From: an uncultured delta proteobacterium
Lineage (GTDB): Bacteria > Myxococcota_A > Polyangia > Polyangiales > Polyangiaceae
Length of the DNA stretch: 64,000 nt
Reading direction: 5' to 3'
Assembly: GCA_963841435.1 (NCBI GenBank)
Contig: CAWJCS010000003.1
Span: 1,280,001-1,344,000 of the forward strand
Shown here: in pieces, positions 23,855 through 44,135 of the stretch
Numbering within the stretch: position 1 is the stretch's first letter
How the letters are laid out: each line of letters opens with the position of its first letter
Notes under the pieces: model-generated
Databases searched by the model: none
Told to the model about the DNA's origin: nothing
What the model saw: the letters and a program-made list of their open reading frames with translations, nothing else
Translations under genes and position numbers: made by a program

Positions 23855-25723
23855 TCACGCTCCGTCGAGCGCGGTCCGCACGGCACGCGCGAGGTCGTCG
23901 GGCAGGTAGGGTTTCGACAGGAAATTCACGCCGGCGTCGACGATACCGTGGTGCACGATGGTGTTCTCCGCGTAGCCCGACGTATAGAGCACCCGGAGCC
24001 CGGGGCGTACCTTGAGTAGGCGATCGGCGAGCTCCTTGCCGGTCATCCTCGGCATCACGAGGTCCGTGACGAGAAGCGCTACCTCGTTCTTCTCGAACAG
24101 GGAGAGCGCTTCGTGGGGGTCGCCCGTGTCGAGGACGCGATACCCGTGCGCAGCCAGGATTCGACCCGCAACCCGTCGCACCATCGCGTCGTCCTCGACC
24201 ATCAGGACGGTCTCTTGCCCGCCTGGCGAGGGCGCTTTCAGCTGAGCGGGTCGCGGCGCTTCGACCTTGATCACGCGCGGCAGGTACACCTTGAAACAAC
24301 TGCCCCTTCCGACCTCGCTGTACACGGAGATGGTGCCGCCACCTTGCTTCACGATGCCGTAGCAAGTGGCCAGTCCGAGACCGGTACCCTTGCCGGGCGC
24401 CTTCGTCGTGAAGAACGGCTCGAAGATGTGCTGCAGCGTCGCGGCGTCGATGCCGAGACCCGTGTCGCTGACACTCAGCATGACGTAGTCACCCGGCGCG
24501 ACCTCGGGATGCAACCCAACGTAGCTCTCGTCGAGCGTCACGTTGCGCGTCTCGAGCGTGAGCACGCCTCCACGTTCCATGGCGTCGCGCGCGTTCACGA
24601 TCAGGTTCACGACCACTTGCTCGATGCGACCGGGGTCGGCGCTCACGATGCCGAGGCCGGCGCCACACTCGGTGACGAGCTGGATGTGCTCGCCGATCAG
24701 GCGCCGCAACATCCGGTCGAGATTTTTGACGAGCTCGTTGAGGTCGAGGGGCCGGGGCTCCACGATCTGGCGTCGCGCAAACGCGAGGAGCTGTTGCGTG
24801 AGCTCGGAGGCCCGCTCGGCCGCCGAGCGGATTTGTCCGAGATCGTCACGTAGCTGGGCACTGGCGGCCGACAAACCCAGGAGATCGACCACGGACAAGA
24901 TCACGGTCAAGAGGTTGTTGAAGTCGTGCGCGACACCTCCCGCGAGCCGCCCGACGCTTTCCATGCGCTGTGCCTGCCGGAGCTGCTCTTCGAGGCTACG
25001 CCGAGCCGAAATGTCCCGGAGCGCCGTCACGCGCAGGCGGCGCTCACCGAGAAGGAGCGTCTTTCCCTGTGCCTCGACCGGGAACGTCGTGCCGTCGGCG
25101 CGGCGCGCCATGTGCTCGTACAAGCCCTCCGCTCCCGAGCGAATGTGCGCTTCCACCTTGCTTCGGCTTTCGGGTGCGACAAATTCCATCACCGGCTTGC
25201 CAATGAGATCCTCGCGCGACACGCCGAGGAGGCTGGCGAGCTGCTGGTTCACCTCGACGACGAGGCCCTGCTCGGTGATTCCGATCCCCTCGAATGCCGC
25301 TTCCGAGAGCTTGCGAAAACGCTCCTCGCTCTCCCTCAGCGACTGCTCGGCCGCCTGGCGCTCGCCGATGTCCCGCGCCACGACGCAGAGTAGCGTCCTT
25401 CCGTCAACCACTGTGCGCCCGATCCGCACGTCGACGCTGATGAGCGAGCCGTCGTGGCGCCGCAGCGGACGCGTTCCCAGTGCGATTTCACCCGTGCGCA
25501 GAACCTCGTCGGCGCGCGCCCGCATGACGTCGCTCGACAACGTCACGACCTGCTCGAGCGGAAGGTCGGCGACCTCCGCGGGCGAATACCCGAGCTGCTG
25601 GCAAAACGCCTGGTTCGCCGTGATGACGCTGAGCGTCGTGGGATCGACGAGGACCACGACATCGGTCTCCAGCGACATCACCGCCGCCCCCAGAAAGCGA
25701 AGATAGTCGTCCGCGCCGCTCAC
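23855..25723 (-). CDS. Hybrid sensor histidine kinase (2 PAS - HisKA - HATPase - receiver)
   Basis: GGVAHDFNNLL, NARDAM, FEPFFTTK, GTGLGL; receiver VEDD...TDLVMP...SKP. Confidence 0.93.
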   Translation of the reverse strand: MSGADDYLRFLGAAVMSLETDVVVLVDPTTLSVITANQAFCQQLGYSPAEVADLPLEQVVTLSSDVMRARADEVLRTGEIALGTRPLRRHDGSLISVDVRIGRTVVDGRTLLCVVARDIGERQAAEQSLRESEERFRKLSEAAFEGIGITEQGLVVEVNQQLASLLGVSREDLIGKPVMEFVAPESRSKVEAHIRSGAEGLYEHMARRADGTTFPVEAQGKTLLLGERRLRVTALRDISARRSLEEQLRQAQRMESVGRLAGGVAHDFNNLLTVILSVVDLLGLSAASAQLRDDLGQIRSAAERASELTQQLLAFARRQIVEPRPLDLNELVKNLDRMLRRLIGEHIQLVTECGAGLGIVSADPGRIEQVVVNLIVNARDAMERGGVLTLETRNVTLDESYVGLHPEVAPGDYVMLSVSDTGLGIDAATLQHIFEPFFTTKAPGKGTGLGLATCYGIVKQGGGTISVYSEVGRGSCFKVYLPRVIKVEAPRPAQLKAPSPGGQETVLMVEDDAMVRRVAGRILAAHGYRVLDTGDPHEALSLFEKNEVALLVTDLVMPRMTGKELADRLLKVRPGLRVLYTSGYAENTIVHHGIVDAGVNFLSKPYLPDDLARAVRTALDGA

Positions 25724-25777
25724 CGGGGCAGTGTCTTCTGCAGGTCCTCGGCGTCAAGCACGTGCCCCTCCTGTCGC

Positions 25778-28700
25778 TCAGTTCAGTCGGATCTCCGATC
25801 CCACCTCGGCACGCTGACGCCGCGCCCTGCTCACGGTTGCGGCGTGGATCGGATCGGCCCCGATCGTGCCCTCGAGCGCCGTCAGGTACTCCTCGGCGCT
25901 CACGCGCTCGAGCTCTCGCTCGGCGAAGACCAGGCGCTCCTCGATGCCGAGCCGCAGCGCTTCTTCGCGATGGCCTGGGCGCGTCAAGAACTCGCGCAGC
26001 GCGTGCACGTGGCGTGTCCAGAGCTCGAACGTCCCTCTCTTGCTTCACGAGTAACCGTTCAGCGTACCAGTCGCTGCCGAGCAATGCCTCGCGCATGAAC
26101 ATCGCGCGCACGTCCGGATGCCGCGCGTCTTTGCCCTCGAAATGGCCGTGAAGCATGATGTGGAGCAGCGCGCGTACCGGCGGACAAGCATCTTCGACAC
26201 TGCCGTCCTTGAAGTAGGCGGCGGCGACGCGGCGCTGAGCGTCGACGATGTTGTCGACGCCGTCGGCGAACACATCGAGGTCCTGCTGCTCCGGGCGCAG
26301 AATCTCTTCGCTGAAAACGCTGCCCGGGTTGTCGAACACTCGTCCGAAGAAGGTGTGCACGAACTTGTCGGTGATGCGATAGCCGAGCCGACTCGCGAGC
26401 ACGCGCCGTCCGCCATGGTCGAAATCCTCGACTCGCTCGAGATGCCCTTCGGCGATGAGCCGCTCGGGGTCGCGTTCGCGCGGGAACAGCCGGCACCAGA
26501 GCTCGGGCACGAGCAGGCTGATGTCGTGATCGAAACGATAGTGCGGGCCGATCCAGCCTGCCGCCGAGCTGAAGCCCGCGTAGTCGCACAGGATCATCGA
26601 AACGAGCGCGTTGTTGAGGTCGGCCGTCGCGCAGAGCGCGTTGAAGGGTCCCTTCGTGAGCGCGCCTTCCGTCCCCGCGCCGGTCGTGCTCGGGGACTTG
26701 CCCGTCACGGAACAGATGTAGTCCATGAAGAGCTCTGGCAGCTCCTGATAGTGAATCGGCCCGTACACGCAGAGCGGCTTGATGGCGCCGTCGGGCGGAT
26801 TGTTGCGCCGCCCCGAGAGCACGCTGATCACGGGGAACACCACGGGCTCCTCGATGGGGATCTTGCGGCTCAGGCGCGCGCCCATGTCCGCCACGTAGCG
26901 ATCGATCGGTCGCGACGCGTCCGGGCGCGTCTGCAGGTAGCGCGGGTTCTTGCTGGGCTTGCCGCCGACCAGGCGCGGCCGCGCGGAGCAGATCGAGTAG
27001 CCGGGACCGCGCGCACCGTTGTACCCGAGGTGCTTGCGCATCGGCTCCGTGAACGCGTCGAACAGGGCCACCTCCTCGACGATGTTCAGGACGTCAGCCT
27101 GCCCGAGCGGCTGGAAGTTCGAACAGAAGAGACCCGGCGAAGCCATGTCCGACTCCGTCTGCTTGTCGAAGCCCGGGTGAATGGCCTCGTCGGGGCGCTG
27201 GAACAGCCGCCACTCGCAATTTTCGGCAATTTTCAAGCTGGGATGGCCGTCGTACTCCTTGGGCAGCCCCAAGAGAGCCGTCGCGGGAACCACGGTCGAG
27301 GCACTGATGTCGTCCTCCATCTGCACCTTGTCGGCCGCGACGAAATCCTGGCGCAGCTTGTACGTGCGCCACGCACCGTTCTCCTCCAGACCGATCCGGA
27401 GGTAGCTGCCAACGAGCTTGCGCTTGTCGTACTTGAGCTCGTGGCCGGGAGCCCCGTTGATGATGTCGACGCTGAAGTGCCGCTGCCAGTCGTCGCCCCA
27501 ATCGGCGCGATAGAAGCGCTTGATCACGAACACGAGCGCGCGGATGTGCTGCGGCAGGCTCTCGACCCAAGCGTTGTGCTCTGCCGCGTAGTCCGAGCTC
27601 GGCGTGAGTAGCTTGATCACCGAGCCGAGCGAGCGCTCCTGCGAAAGAATCGGCCGACTGCTGCGCGAGTCCTCGTGCCCATCGGGGTAAAATTCCCGCT
27701 TCAAGATCGAGTTGACGAGCTCGAGATCAGCCTTCAAATTCTGTACGAGGATGGGTCCATAGAGCACGGCATCGCTCAGGCTCTTGCTGATCTCGGACTT
27801 TCCTCCACCCGACACCGTGCACGGCTTGTGACAGAACGTCCCCTCGGGCACGGTGCCCACGAGGCGGTAGCTCGGCGCCGCCGGGTGCTTCTCCAGGCGG
27901 ATTTTGTAGCCGTTCGGCAGGATGTACACGTGCCCCGGCAGGAGCTTCAGCCGCGCCTCGTCGTCGCCGCGCGCCCACTTCACCACCTGCTTCTTGACGT
28001 CGAAATCGGAGTCCTCGGGCACGTAGTGGATCTGGGGGTAGAGCCGGTCGGTGGCGTAGCCCGACGCGTGAAGATCCACCCGATCTCCGAGAAGCTCGAG
28101 CGCGTCGGTGAAACGGTGCTCGGCGGCGATGTGACGGCCGTCCGGCGCGTAGCCGTCGCCGTGGCTCACGGTCGAGAACGCGAGGGCCCCACCGGCGTGC
28201 TCCTCCTCGGCGAGACCGTAGAGGTTCGCGCTGTAGCTGATCTGCGTCTTTACCTCTTTCTTGCAGTAGCCGAAGTAGTTGTCAGCGAGGATCGTCACCA
28301 TCACGCCGCGCTCGCTACGCGCCGTGATCTTGAAGGGGCTGCCGCCGTTGTACGGCTCGCTCTCGTCCGACCAGCACATGCCGTTCGCGCGCTGCTCTTC
28401 GGTTGCCTCGCTCGCGTGAGGCAGGCCGAGATCCTTCTTCTTGAGGCGCGTGAGATGCGGCGCGAGGATCACGCAGCCGGTGTGTCCGGTCCACCTCTCG
28501 ACGTCGAGGCCCGCATCGTTCTCGGGTAGGTACGGATCGCCCCAATTGCCGAAGATGCTCTCGACGAAATCGAGATTCGACACGAGGCCGCCCGGCGCAA
28601 AAAAGCGCACTTCGAGCCGTTTCTCGCTCGAGAGCCGCGGCACGGCGGGGCAGACGAGCGGGCGCAAGAGCAGCGAAACCATGGTCTCCACGGGCTCGTC

Positions 28701-29279
28701 CCAGCCGGAGCTGAACGGCAGGCGCAAAAGATGCGCCGGCGGCCTGAACGCCTCCCGCAGCATGCGCGCGTACGCCACGAGCGGCACGGCCACCTTGTCC
28801 CCCGGTACCGGCAGGCCCACCTGTGCGACGTGGAAGACACCCTGCGTCGTGCGTCTGTCGTTGAGCGGATTGTGGAGCACGCCGTTGTCGAGGCGGTAGC
28901 TCGTGACGACCTCGTTGTGCCAGTGGTCCGCGTCGATCGGCAGCGAGAGCTCGCGCGCGAGCCCGTAGCGATCGAGAATGAAGGTCCCGGAAGGAATGCG
29001 GAGCTCGGGCTCGTCCGGAAGCTCTCTAAACAGGTCGTCGAGAAAATCTTTGACGCGGCGATCGGTGGGGCAGAGGTGATCGCTGAGCAAGCGGCTCTGC
29101 TCGCGAAAACGCGCGAACAGATCGCGCCCCAGATCGAGCACCTCGGTATCGCCGACGTGCCTCGGCACGCGAAATCCCATCGCCGCGAGCTTGAGCACGA
29201 TGGAGCGGATGACCACGCGGCGGTCGGGGACCGCCATTTGCCCGTCCCCCCTGAGACCAACCTGTCGCTCGAGATCCAT
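25778..29279 (-). CDS. Probable PPi-dependent phosphoenolpyruvate carboxykinase; frameshift near 26028
   Basis: ~1160 aa after correction; LHNPLNDRRTTQGVFH, NYFGYCKKEVKTQISY, EEEHAGGA, HKPCTVSGGGKSEISK, GKSPSTTGAGTEGALTKGPFN. The C-terminus continues in ORF 25778..26008. Confidence 0.8.
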
Positions 29280-29412
29280 GGGGCCTCCTTCGCCGGACTT
29301 TTGCCGGAGCGGGACGATATCAAGAACGGGAACCCGGGACCACCGGGCGGGCGCCGATCCCCCCGTTTTCCCGGGGACGGTGCGGCCCGCGTGACGCGGC
29401 TATGATCGGGTC

Positions 29413-29934
29413 GTGCCGGATCTCGTCGCCCCCGCCCCGAGCGCTCGTGCCAAATGCCGCGGTTGCGGCAAGCCGATCGAGAAGGGCTCGCTACGTTTCG
29501 GCGAAGCGGATCAGAATCCGTTCGGCGAGGGCGAGACGCATCGCTGGTTCCACCTCTTGTGTGCGGCCCTGCGGCGCCCGGAGCGCTTCGAGGCCCTGCT
29601 CGAAACGGGCGTCGAGGTCCCCGATGCCGAGCATCTACTCACGCTCGCCGCAGAGGGCATCGAGCACCACCGCTTGCCGCGCATCGCCGGCGCCGCGCGC
29701 GCCACATCGGGACGCGCTCATTGCCGTCATTGCCGCGAGCTCATCGACAAGGGCAGCCTACGCATCGTGCTCGAGATCTGGGAGGAGGGTCGCTTCTCGC
29801 CGATGGGCTTCATCCACACACGCTGCGCGCGCGACTACTTCGGTGCTACCGGCACCTTCGAACGCGTCGAGCTCATCGGTACCTCGCTCGCGCCCGACGA
29901 GCTCGCCGCGCTCGCGCAAGAGCTCGGCGGCTAG
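29413..29934 (+). CDS. Tandem PARP-type zinc-finger protein
   Basis: Two units: APSARAKCRGC..I.KG.LR...WFHLLC and ATSGRAHCRHC..I.KG.LR...FIHTRC. Confidence 0.75.
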   Translation: MPDLVAPAPSARAKCRGCGKPIEKGSLRFGEADQNPFGEGETHRWFHLLCAALRRPERFEALLETGVEVPDAEHLLTLAAEGIEHHRLPRIAGAARATSGRAHCRHCRELIDKGSLRIVLEIWEEGRFSPMGFIHTRCARDYFGATGTFERVELIGTSLAPDELAALAQELGG

Positions 29935-29980
29935 ACTCGGATCCCGGCCCTGGGCCCAAGCGCCGACGCCGGTGGCGTAC

Positions 29981-30020
29981 AAAAAGGCGACGGCGGCGCT
30001 CGTGGAACGCCGCCGTCACC
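29981..30020 (-). terminator. Intrinsic terminator after rpoC
   Basis: Minus strand GGTGACGGCGGCG-loop-CGCCGCCGTCGCC-TTTTT. Confidence 0.8.
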
Positions 30021-30042
30021 GGGCCGAAGGAAGCCTTCGCGC

Positions 30043-34307
<4,265 letters not shown>

Positions 34308-34321
34308 TTATCCTCCTTCGC

Positions 34322-38465
<4,144 letters not shown>

Positions 38466-38656
38466 CGCGGTCACTGCCTCCACGGACGATGCGGCGCCCG
38501 GCCCTTGGGGCCGGGCATCGGGGCAAACGGAGCCGTGCCCGCGATGCTCGGGGAGCTCGCAGGCGCGACTTTGGCTGAATCACGGACGAATCGATCGCGC
38601 CGGAACCCTTGGGTCCCGTCGACGGGTGCTTGAGCGTTGAGGGCGGGCAAGGGGGC

Positions 38657-39037
38657 CTACTTGACCTCCACTTTGGCGCCCGCCGCTTCGAGCTTCTTCT
38701 TGATGTCCTCGGACTCTTCCTTGCCGATGCCTTCCTTGATGGCCTTCGGCGCGCCCTCGACGAGATCCTTCGCCTCCTTGAGCCCGAGCGCGGTGATCTC
38801 GCGCACTGCCTTGATGACGTTGATCTTGTTGGGGCCGGCGTCGGCGAGGATGACGTTGAACTCCGTCTTCTCCTCTGCTGCCGGAGCCGCGGCCGCCCCA
38901 CCGCCCACGGCGGCAACCGCCACCGGCGCGGCGCTGACGCCCCACTTCGTCTCGAGCTCCTTCACCAGCTCGGCGAGCTGAATGACGGGCATGTTTGAAA
39001 GGAAATCGACGACCTGCTCACGAGTGATATCAGCCAT
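38657..39037 (-). CDS. rplL: 50S ribosomal protein L7/L12
   Basis: [32 protein letters not shown]. Confidence 0.97.
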   Translation of the reverse strand: MADITREQVVDFLSNMPVIQLAELVKELETKWGVSAAPVAVAAVGGGAAAAPAAEEKTEFNVILADAGPNKINVIKAVREITALGLKEAKDLVEGAPKAIKEGIGKEESEDIKKKLEAAGAKVEVK

Positions 39038-39090
39038 GACTAACGTCTCCTGCACTTATTCAAAATACGTTCTTGGGTTTCAGGCGGGGC

Positions 39091-39615
39091 TCAACCGCCG
39101 TCTTTGCGCTCTTTGGCCGCGAGCACACCGACGAACTCGCGGGCCGGAGCATTGAGCAACATTACGAAGCGCTGCGCGGGCGCCATCAGCGTCGCGAGGA
39201 ACCGCGCCCGCATCTCGTCCTTGCTGGGCAAGGTCGCGAGCTGGTTTTCGACCGCGCTCGCGTCGAGCACCTCGCCGTCGAGGACGCCCGCCTTGATCTT
39301 GAGCTTCTCGTTCTCCCTCGAGGCGTCGCGCAAGAGGCGCGCCGCGGCGCTCGGCTCCTCGAAGCTCCACGCGATGCCCGTCATGCCGCGCAGGGCGGAT
39401 CCGAGCTTGTCGACGTAGGAGAGGTCGGAGAGCGCCTTTTCGACGAGCGTGTTCTTGACGACCTTGTAGGCGATGCCCTGGGCGCGGAAGGTGTCGCGAA
39501 GCTTCGTGACCTCTTCCACCGTCATCCCGGTGAAGTCGACGAACACCGCCGACGTCATCCGGTCGAAGTTCGAGCGGATGTCTTTGACGAGCTCTGCTTT
39601 TTGCGCGCGGTCCAT
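39091..39615 (-). CDS. rplJ: 50S ribosomal protein L10
   Basis: DFTGMTVEEVTKLR, VVKNTL, LATLPSKDE; start overlaps the rplA stop. Confidence 0.95.
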   Translation of the reverse strand: MDRAQKAELVKDIRSNFDRMTSAVFVDFTGMTVEEVTKLRDTFRAQGIAYKVVKNTLVEKALSDLSYVDKLGSALRGMTGIAWSFEEPSAAARLLRDASRENEKLKIKAGVLDGEVLDASAVENQLATLPSKDEMRARFLATLMAPAQRFVMLLNAPAREFVGVLAAKERKDGG

Positions 39616-40331
39616 CAGTGCTCCTCCTCGCTCTCCGACACGACGCTGCTCGTGTCGACGCGGATCCCGGGGCCCATGGTGCTCGTCAGCGTGATGCTGC
39701 GAATGTAGATGCCCTTGGCCGTCGAGGGCTTCTTGGCGACGAGCTCGCGAAGGAGCGCCGTCGCGTTCTCGGAGAGCTTCAGCGGATCGAACGACCTTCG
39801 GCCGACGCGGCAGTGCACGATGCCCGCCTTATCGACGCGGTACTCGACCTTGCCTGCCTTGGCCTCGCGGACGGCCGTCTTGACGTCGAAGGTGACGGTG
39901 CCGACCTTGGGGTTCGGCATCAGACCGCGCGGGCCGAGCACGCGACCGAGCTTGCCGACGGCGCCCATCATGTCAGGCGTCGCGATCACGCGGTCGAACT
40001 CCATGAAGCCCTCTTGCACGCGCTGCACGAGCTCGTCCGAGCCCGCGTGGTCGGCGCCGGCCTCGAGCGCCTCCTTCTCCTTTTCGCCGCGCGCAAACAC
40101 GAGCACGCGAATGCTCTTGCCCGTGCCGTGCGGCAGCACGATGGCGCCACGCACCATCTGATCGGCGTGCTTGGGGTTGACCCCCAGGCGCACCGCCAGG
40201 TCCACGCTTTCGTCGAACTTCGCGAAAGCGCTCGCCTTCAACACCGCGACGGCTTCGTCGACGGTGTGCCGCTTGGCGCGGTCCACTTTCGAGACCGCCG
40301 CGGTCATGTTCTTGGATAGCTTCGTTGCCAT
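39615..40331 (-). CDS. rplA: 50S ribosomal protein L1
   Basis: [38 protein letters not shown]. Confidence 0.97.
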   Translation of the reverse strand: MATKLSKNMTAAVSKVDRAKRHTVDEAVAVLKASAFAKFDESVDLAVRLGVNPKHADQMVRGAIVLPHGTGKSIRVLVFARGEKEKEALEAGADHAGSDELVQRVQEGFMEFDRVIATPDMMGAVGKLGRVLGPRGLMPNPKVGTVTFDVKTAVREAKAGKVEYRVDKAGIVHCRVGRRSFDPLKLSENATALLRELVAKKPSTAKGIYIRSITLTSTMGPGIRVDTSSVVSESEEEH

Positions 40332-40411
40332 TTGTTTCGTCTTTCGACTCCTGGGATACGGTCGAAACGAGCTCGTCGCTCGCCGCCGCTCCAGTACCTA
40401 CGAGACCCCCA

Positions 40412-40858
40412 TCAACCGACGTCGACCCCCATGCTCCTCGCCGTGCCCGCGATGCTCCGCGCGGCCGCTTCGAGGTCGGTCGTGTTCATGTCCTTGATCT
40501 TCTCCTTGGCGATCGTGCGCACCTGATCCCAAGTGAGGCTGCCCACCTTGGTCTTGTTCGGCTCCTTCGAGCCCGAGCCCGGCTTCTTCGACGAGGACAG
40601 GCCGCAAGCCTGCTTGACCAGCACGCTCGCCGGCGGGGACTTCATCACGAACGAGTAAGAGCGATCCGCGTACACCGTGATGACGACCGGGAGGATCGTC
40701 TCGCCGAGCGGCGCGCTGCGGGCGTTGAAGTCCTTGCAGAACTGCATGATGTTCACGCCGTGCTGGCCCAGGGCGGGGCCAACGGGCGGCGACGGATTCG
40801 CCTTCCCGGCGGGAAGCTGCAGCTTGATGTAGGCGGAGATTTTTTTCTTGGAGCTCAT
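40412..40858 (-). CDS. rplK: 50S ribosomal protein L11
   Basis: [35 protein letters not shown]. Confidence 0.97.
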   Translation of the reverse strand: MSSKKKISAYIKLQLPAGKANPSPPVGPALGQHGVNIMQFCKDFNARSAPLGETILPVVITVYADRSYSFVMKSPPASVLVKQACGLSSSKKPGSGSKEPNKTKVGSLTWDQVRTIAKEKIKDMNTTDLEAAARSIAGTARSMGVDVG

Positions 40859-40934
40859 TCGGGATTTCCTCGAGCCTGGACCGTCAGAGAGGCCGGAGAG
40901 AGCTGGTCTTGCCGGTGAGGCGCGCGCAAAGGTT

Positions 40935-41036
40935 GCGGCGTCCATCGCGGTCGGCAAGGAGGCCGGTGCTGGCCTCGCCAGTTCTTCGGTTCGGGGTGTG
41001 GTCTCTCATGACGATCGTGATTTGGTGTTCCAAGAC
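40935..41036. repeat. Dispersed intergenic repeat, copy D (inverted relative to A-C), nusG-rplK spacer
   Basis: aggccggtgctggcctcgccagttcttcggttcgggg...cgatcgtgatttggtgttccaagac matches the reverse complement of copies A, B and C. Confidence 0.7.
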
Positions 41037-41069
41037 TTTCTGGGTTGAGCCGGGGCGCTGCGCGCCGCC

Positions 41070-41624
41070 CTACCGCTTCTCCACGTGGGAGAAATCCAGC
41101 TCCACGGGGGTGGGCCGGCCGAAGATGCTCACCATGACCTTGAGCTTCTGCTTGTCGGGCTTGACCTCTTGAACGGTGCCCGAGAAGTTCGCGAATGCGC
41201 CCACCACCACACGGACCTCGTCGCCCTCCTGGAACTGGTGGCGCGGCTTGGGCTTGACGGCCCCTTCGACGATCCCCTTGCGAAGGTTCTCGATGTGCGG
41301 GGACTTCACCTCTTGCGGGCGCTGGTTGCCGATGAAGCCCGTCACCTTGGGCGTGTCCTTGACGAGGTGCCAGGCGTGCTCGCTCATTTCCATCTCGACG
41401 AAGAGATAGCCAGGGAAGCTCGTCTTGGTCCGGACGCGCTGCTTGCCGTCCTTGCTCGTGTCGGTGACCGTTTCGGAGGGGATCAGGATCTCCCCGAACT
41501 TCTCCTCCATCTTGTACTGCCGGATCCGCTCCAAGAGGGCAGACTTCACCTTGCTCTCGTAGCCAGAGTAGGTGGTCACGACGTACCACTTCTTTTCGGA
41601 AACCTGGACTTCTGCCTCGTTCAT
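41070..41624 (-). CDS. nusG: Transcription elongation factor NusG
   Basis: KWYVVTTYSGYE, FPGYLFVEM, KOW domain, IFGRPTPVEL. Confidence 0.97.
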   Translation of the reverse strand: MNEAEVQVSEKKWYVVTTYSGYESKVKSALLERIRQYKMEEKFGEILIPSETVTDTSKDGKQRVRTKTSFPGYLFVEMEMSEHAWHLVKDTPKVTGFIGNQRPQEVKSPHIENLRKGIVEGAVKPKPRHQFQEGDEVRVVVGAFANFSGTVQEVKPDKQKLKVMVSIFGRPTPVELDFSHVEKR

Positions 41625-42178
41625 ACGCCGTACACCAGGGTGGTGAGGAAGCTCCAAAATCGGTCCAGCAGGGCGACGTAGACGGTTGCGATGGTGCTCG
41701 CCACGATCACCACCACCGTCCCGTTCACCGTCGTCTCGCGCGAGGGCCAGGTGACGCGCGAGAGCTCGCTCGCGACGTCGTCCGCCCAACGGCGCACTTT
41801 TTCCTTACGGTAAGATTGAATCACCATCACCGTGCCGATGGCGGCGCCGATGACGAGCGCGATGCCTTCACGCTGCTCCTCGCCGTAGGCGACGAGCTGC
41901 GGCACGGCGGTGACAGCCGCGGGCCACTCCGCAATCGTGCCCCAGCCGAGCACGATGAGCTTGCTCGAGATGTAGGCGCCGATGATCGCGGCGAGGAAGA
42001 ACGCGGCGTGGACGTAGCGAGCCGCGCCGAGCGAACCGGTGGCGGTCGCCTCGATCTCGTCCTGCTCGTCGACGCTCACCTCCTCGGTCGCGGACCGTTC
42101 CACGATCGCGTCGGCGGACGTCTCCGTCGAGGTCTCTTCCTCGGACGGATTCAACTTGTCGTCGTCGTCGCTTGCCAT
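41621..42178 (-). CDS. secE: Preprotein translocase subunit SecE (long form, acidic N-terminus, about 3 TM)
   Basis: ELSRVTWPSRETT motif followed by a TM; position between tRNA-Trp and nusG. Confidence 0.9.
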   Translation of the reverse strand: MASDDDDKLNPSEEETSTETSADAIVERSATEEVSVDEQDEIEATATGSLGAARYVHAAFFLAAIIGAYISSKLIVLGWGTIAEWPAAVTAVPQLVAYGEEQREGIALVIGAAIGTVMVIQSYRKEKVRRWADDVASELSRVTWPSRETTVNGTVVVIVASTIATVYVALLDRFWSFLTTLVYGV

Positions 42179-42195
42179 CGTTCTACTCGTCACAG

Positions 42196-42268
42196 CAGGG
42201 GCGGAGAGACTCGAACTCCCGGCCCGCGGATTTGGAATCCGCTGCTCTACCAACTGAGCTACGCCCCT
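42196..42268 (-). tRNA. tRNA-Trp(CCA)
   Basis: Cloverleaf AGGGGCG...GCGGA-TTCCAAA-TCCGC...GTTCGAGT; 3' CCA not encoded. Confidence 0.95.
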
Positions 42269-42311
42269 GGAGCCGGGTCGCATGAATTGCCCGGAGATTC
42301 CTCAGGCTGAC

Positions 42312-42494
42312 TTACCTTCCTTCGATGTGCACCGTGTGGTGATTACAACCGCTACAGAATTTCTTGAGCTTCAGAACCGTGCCCCCGTCGCGGGGGATCT
42401 TCTTGGTCGGATAATTTCGCTTGCCGCACACCGTGCAGGCCAAGACGACCCGGATGCGGCGCCCGTGGGGGGCTGCCGGCTCGCGGGACGCCAT
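42312..42494 (-). CDS. rpmG: 50S ribosomal protein L33 (zinc-binding CxxC...CxxC form)
   Basis: LACTVCGKRNY...LKKFCSGCNHHTVH; canonical position after tuf. Confidence 0.9.
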   Translation of the reverse strand: MASREPAAPHGRRIRVVLACTVCGKRNYPTKKIPRDGGTVLKLKKFCSGCNHHTVHIEGR

Positions 42495-42498
42495 CGGC

Positions 42499-43689
<1,191 letters not shown>

Positions 43690-43756
43690 GGCTGCTTCCG
43701 GGTTCCTTCCTAAGCGTTGCGAGACGGTTGTTGGGTTCGATCGGACGATGACTTCG

Positions 43757-43829
<73 letters not shown>

Positions 43830-43907
43830 GAGCTTGGGAGCCGTGCACGCGCACCGCGAAGCGGCGGCTGCTAGCACCGGCCGCGGCCCTCGGCCGCGGC
43901 CCGCGAA

Positions 43908-44036
43908 GACCTGGCGGTCTTGGAGGACCAGATCACGATCGGCAATAGCGGCCACGCGCCCCACAAAAGGCCGGCGAGGCCGGAGCGCGCTGCTCGGAGC
44001 CCGCAACTGACGCACGCTGCCAGGGGCCGCCGAACA
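43908..44036. repeat. Dispersed intergenic repeat, copy A (3' of tRNA-Gly)
   Basis: gacct..gtcttggaggaccagatcacgatcggc...gcccca...ccggcgaggccgg...ctgctc aligns with 44341-44468. Confidence 0.8.
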
Positions 44037-44051
44037 GACTCAACAAACCAG

Positions 44052-44124
44052 AGCGGGAGATGGGACTCGAACCCACGACGTTCAGCTTGGAAGGCTGATG
44101 CTCTACCAATTGAGCTACTCCCGC
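44052..44124 (-). tRNA. tRNA-Gly(TCC)
   Basis: GCGGGAG...TCAGC-CTTCCAA-GCTGA...GGTTCGAGTCCC. Confidence 0.95.
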
Positions 44125-44135
44125 GAGATCGTTGC

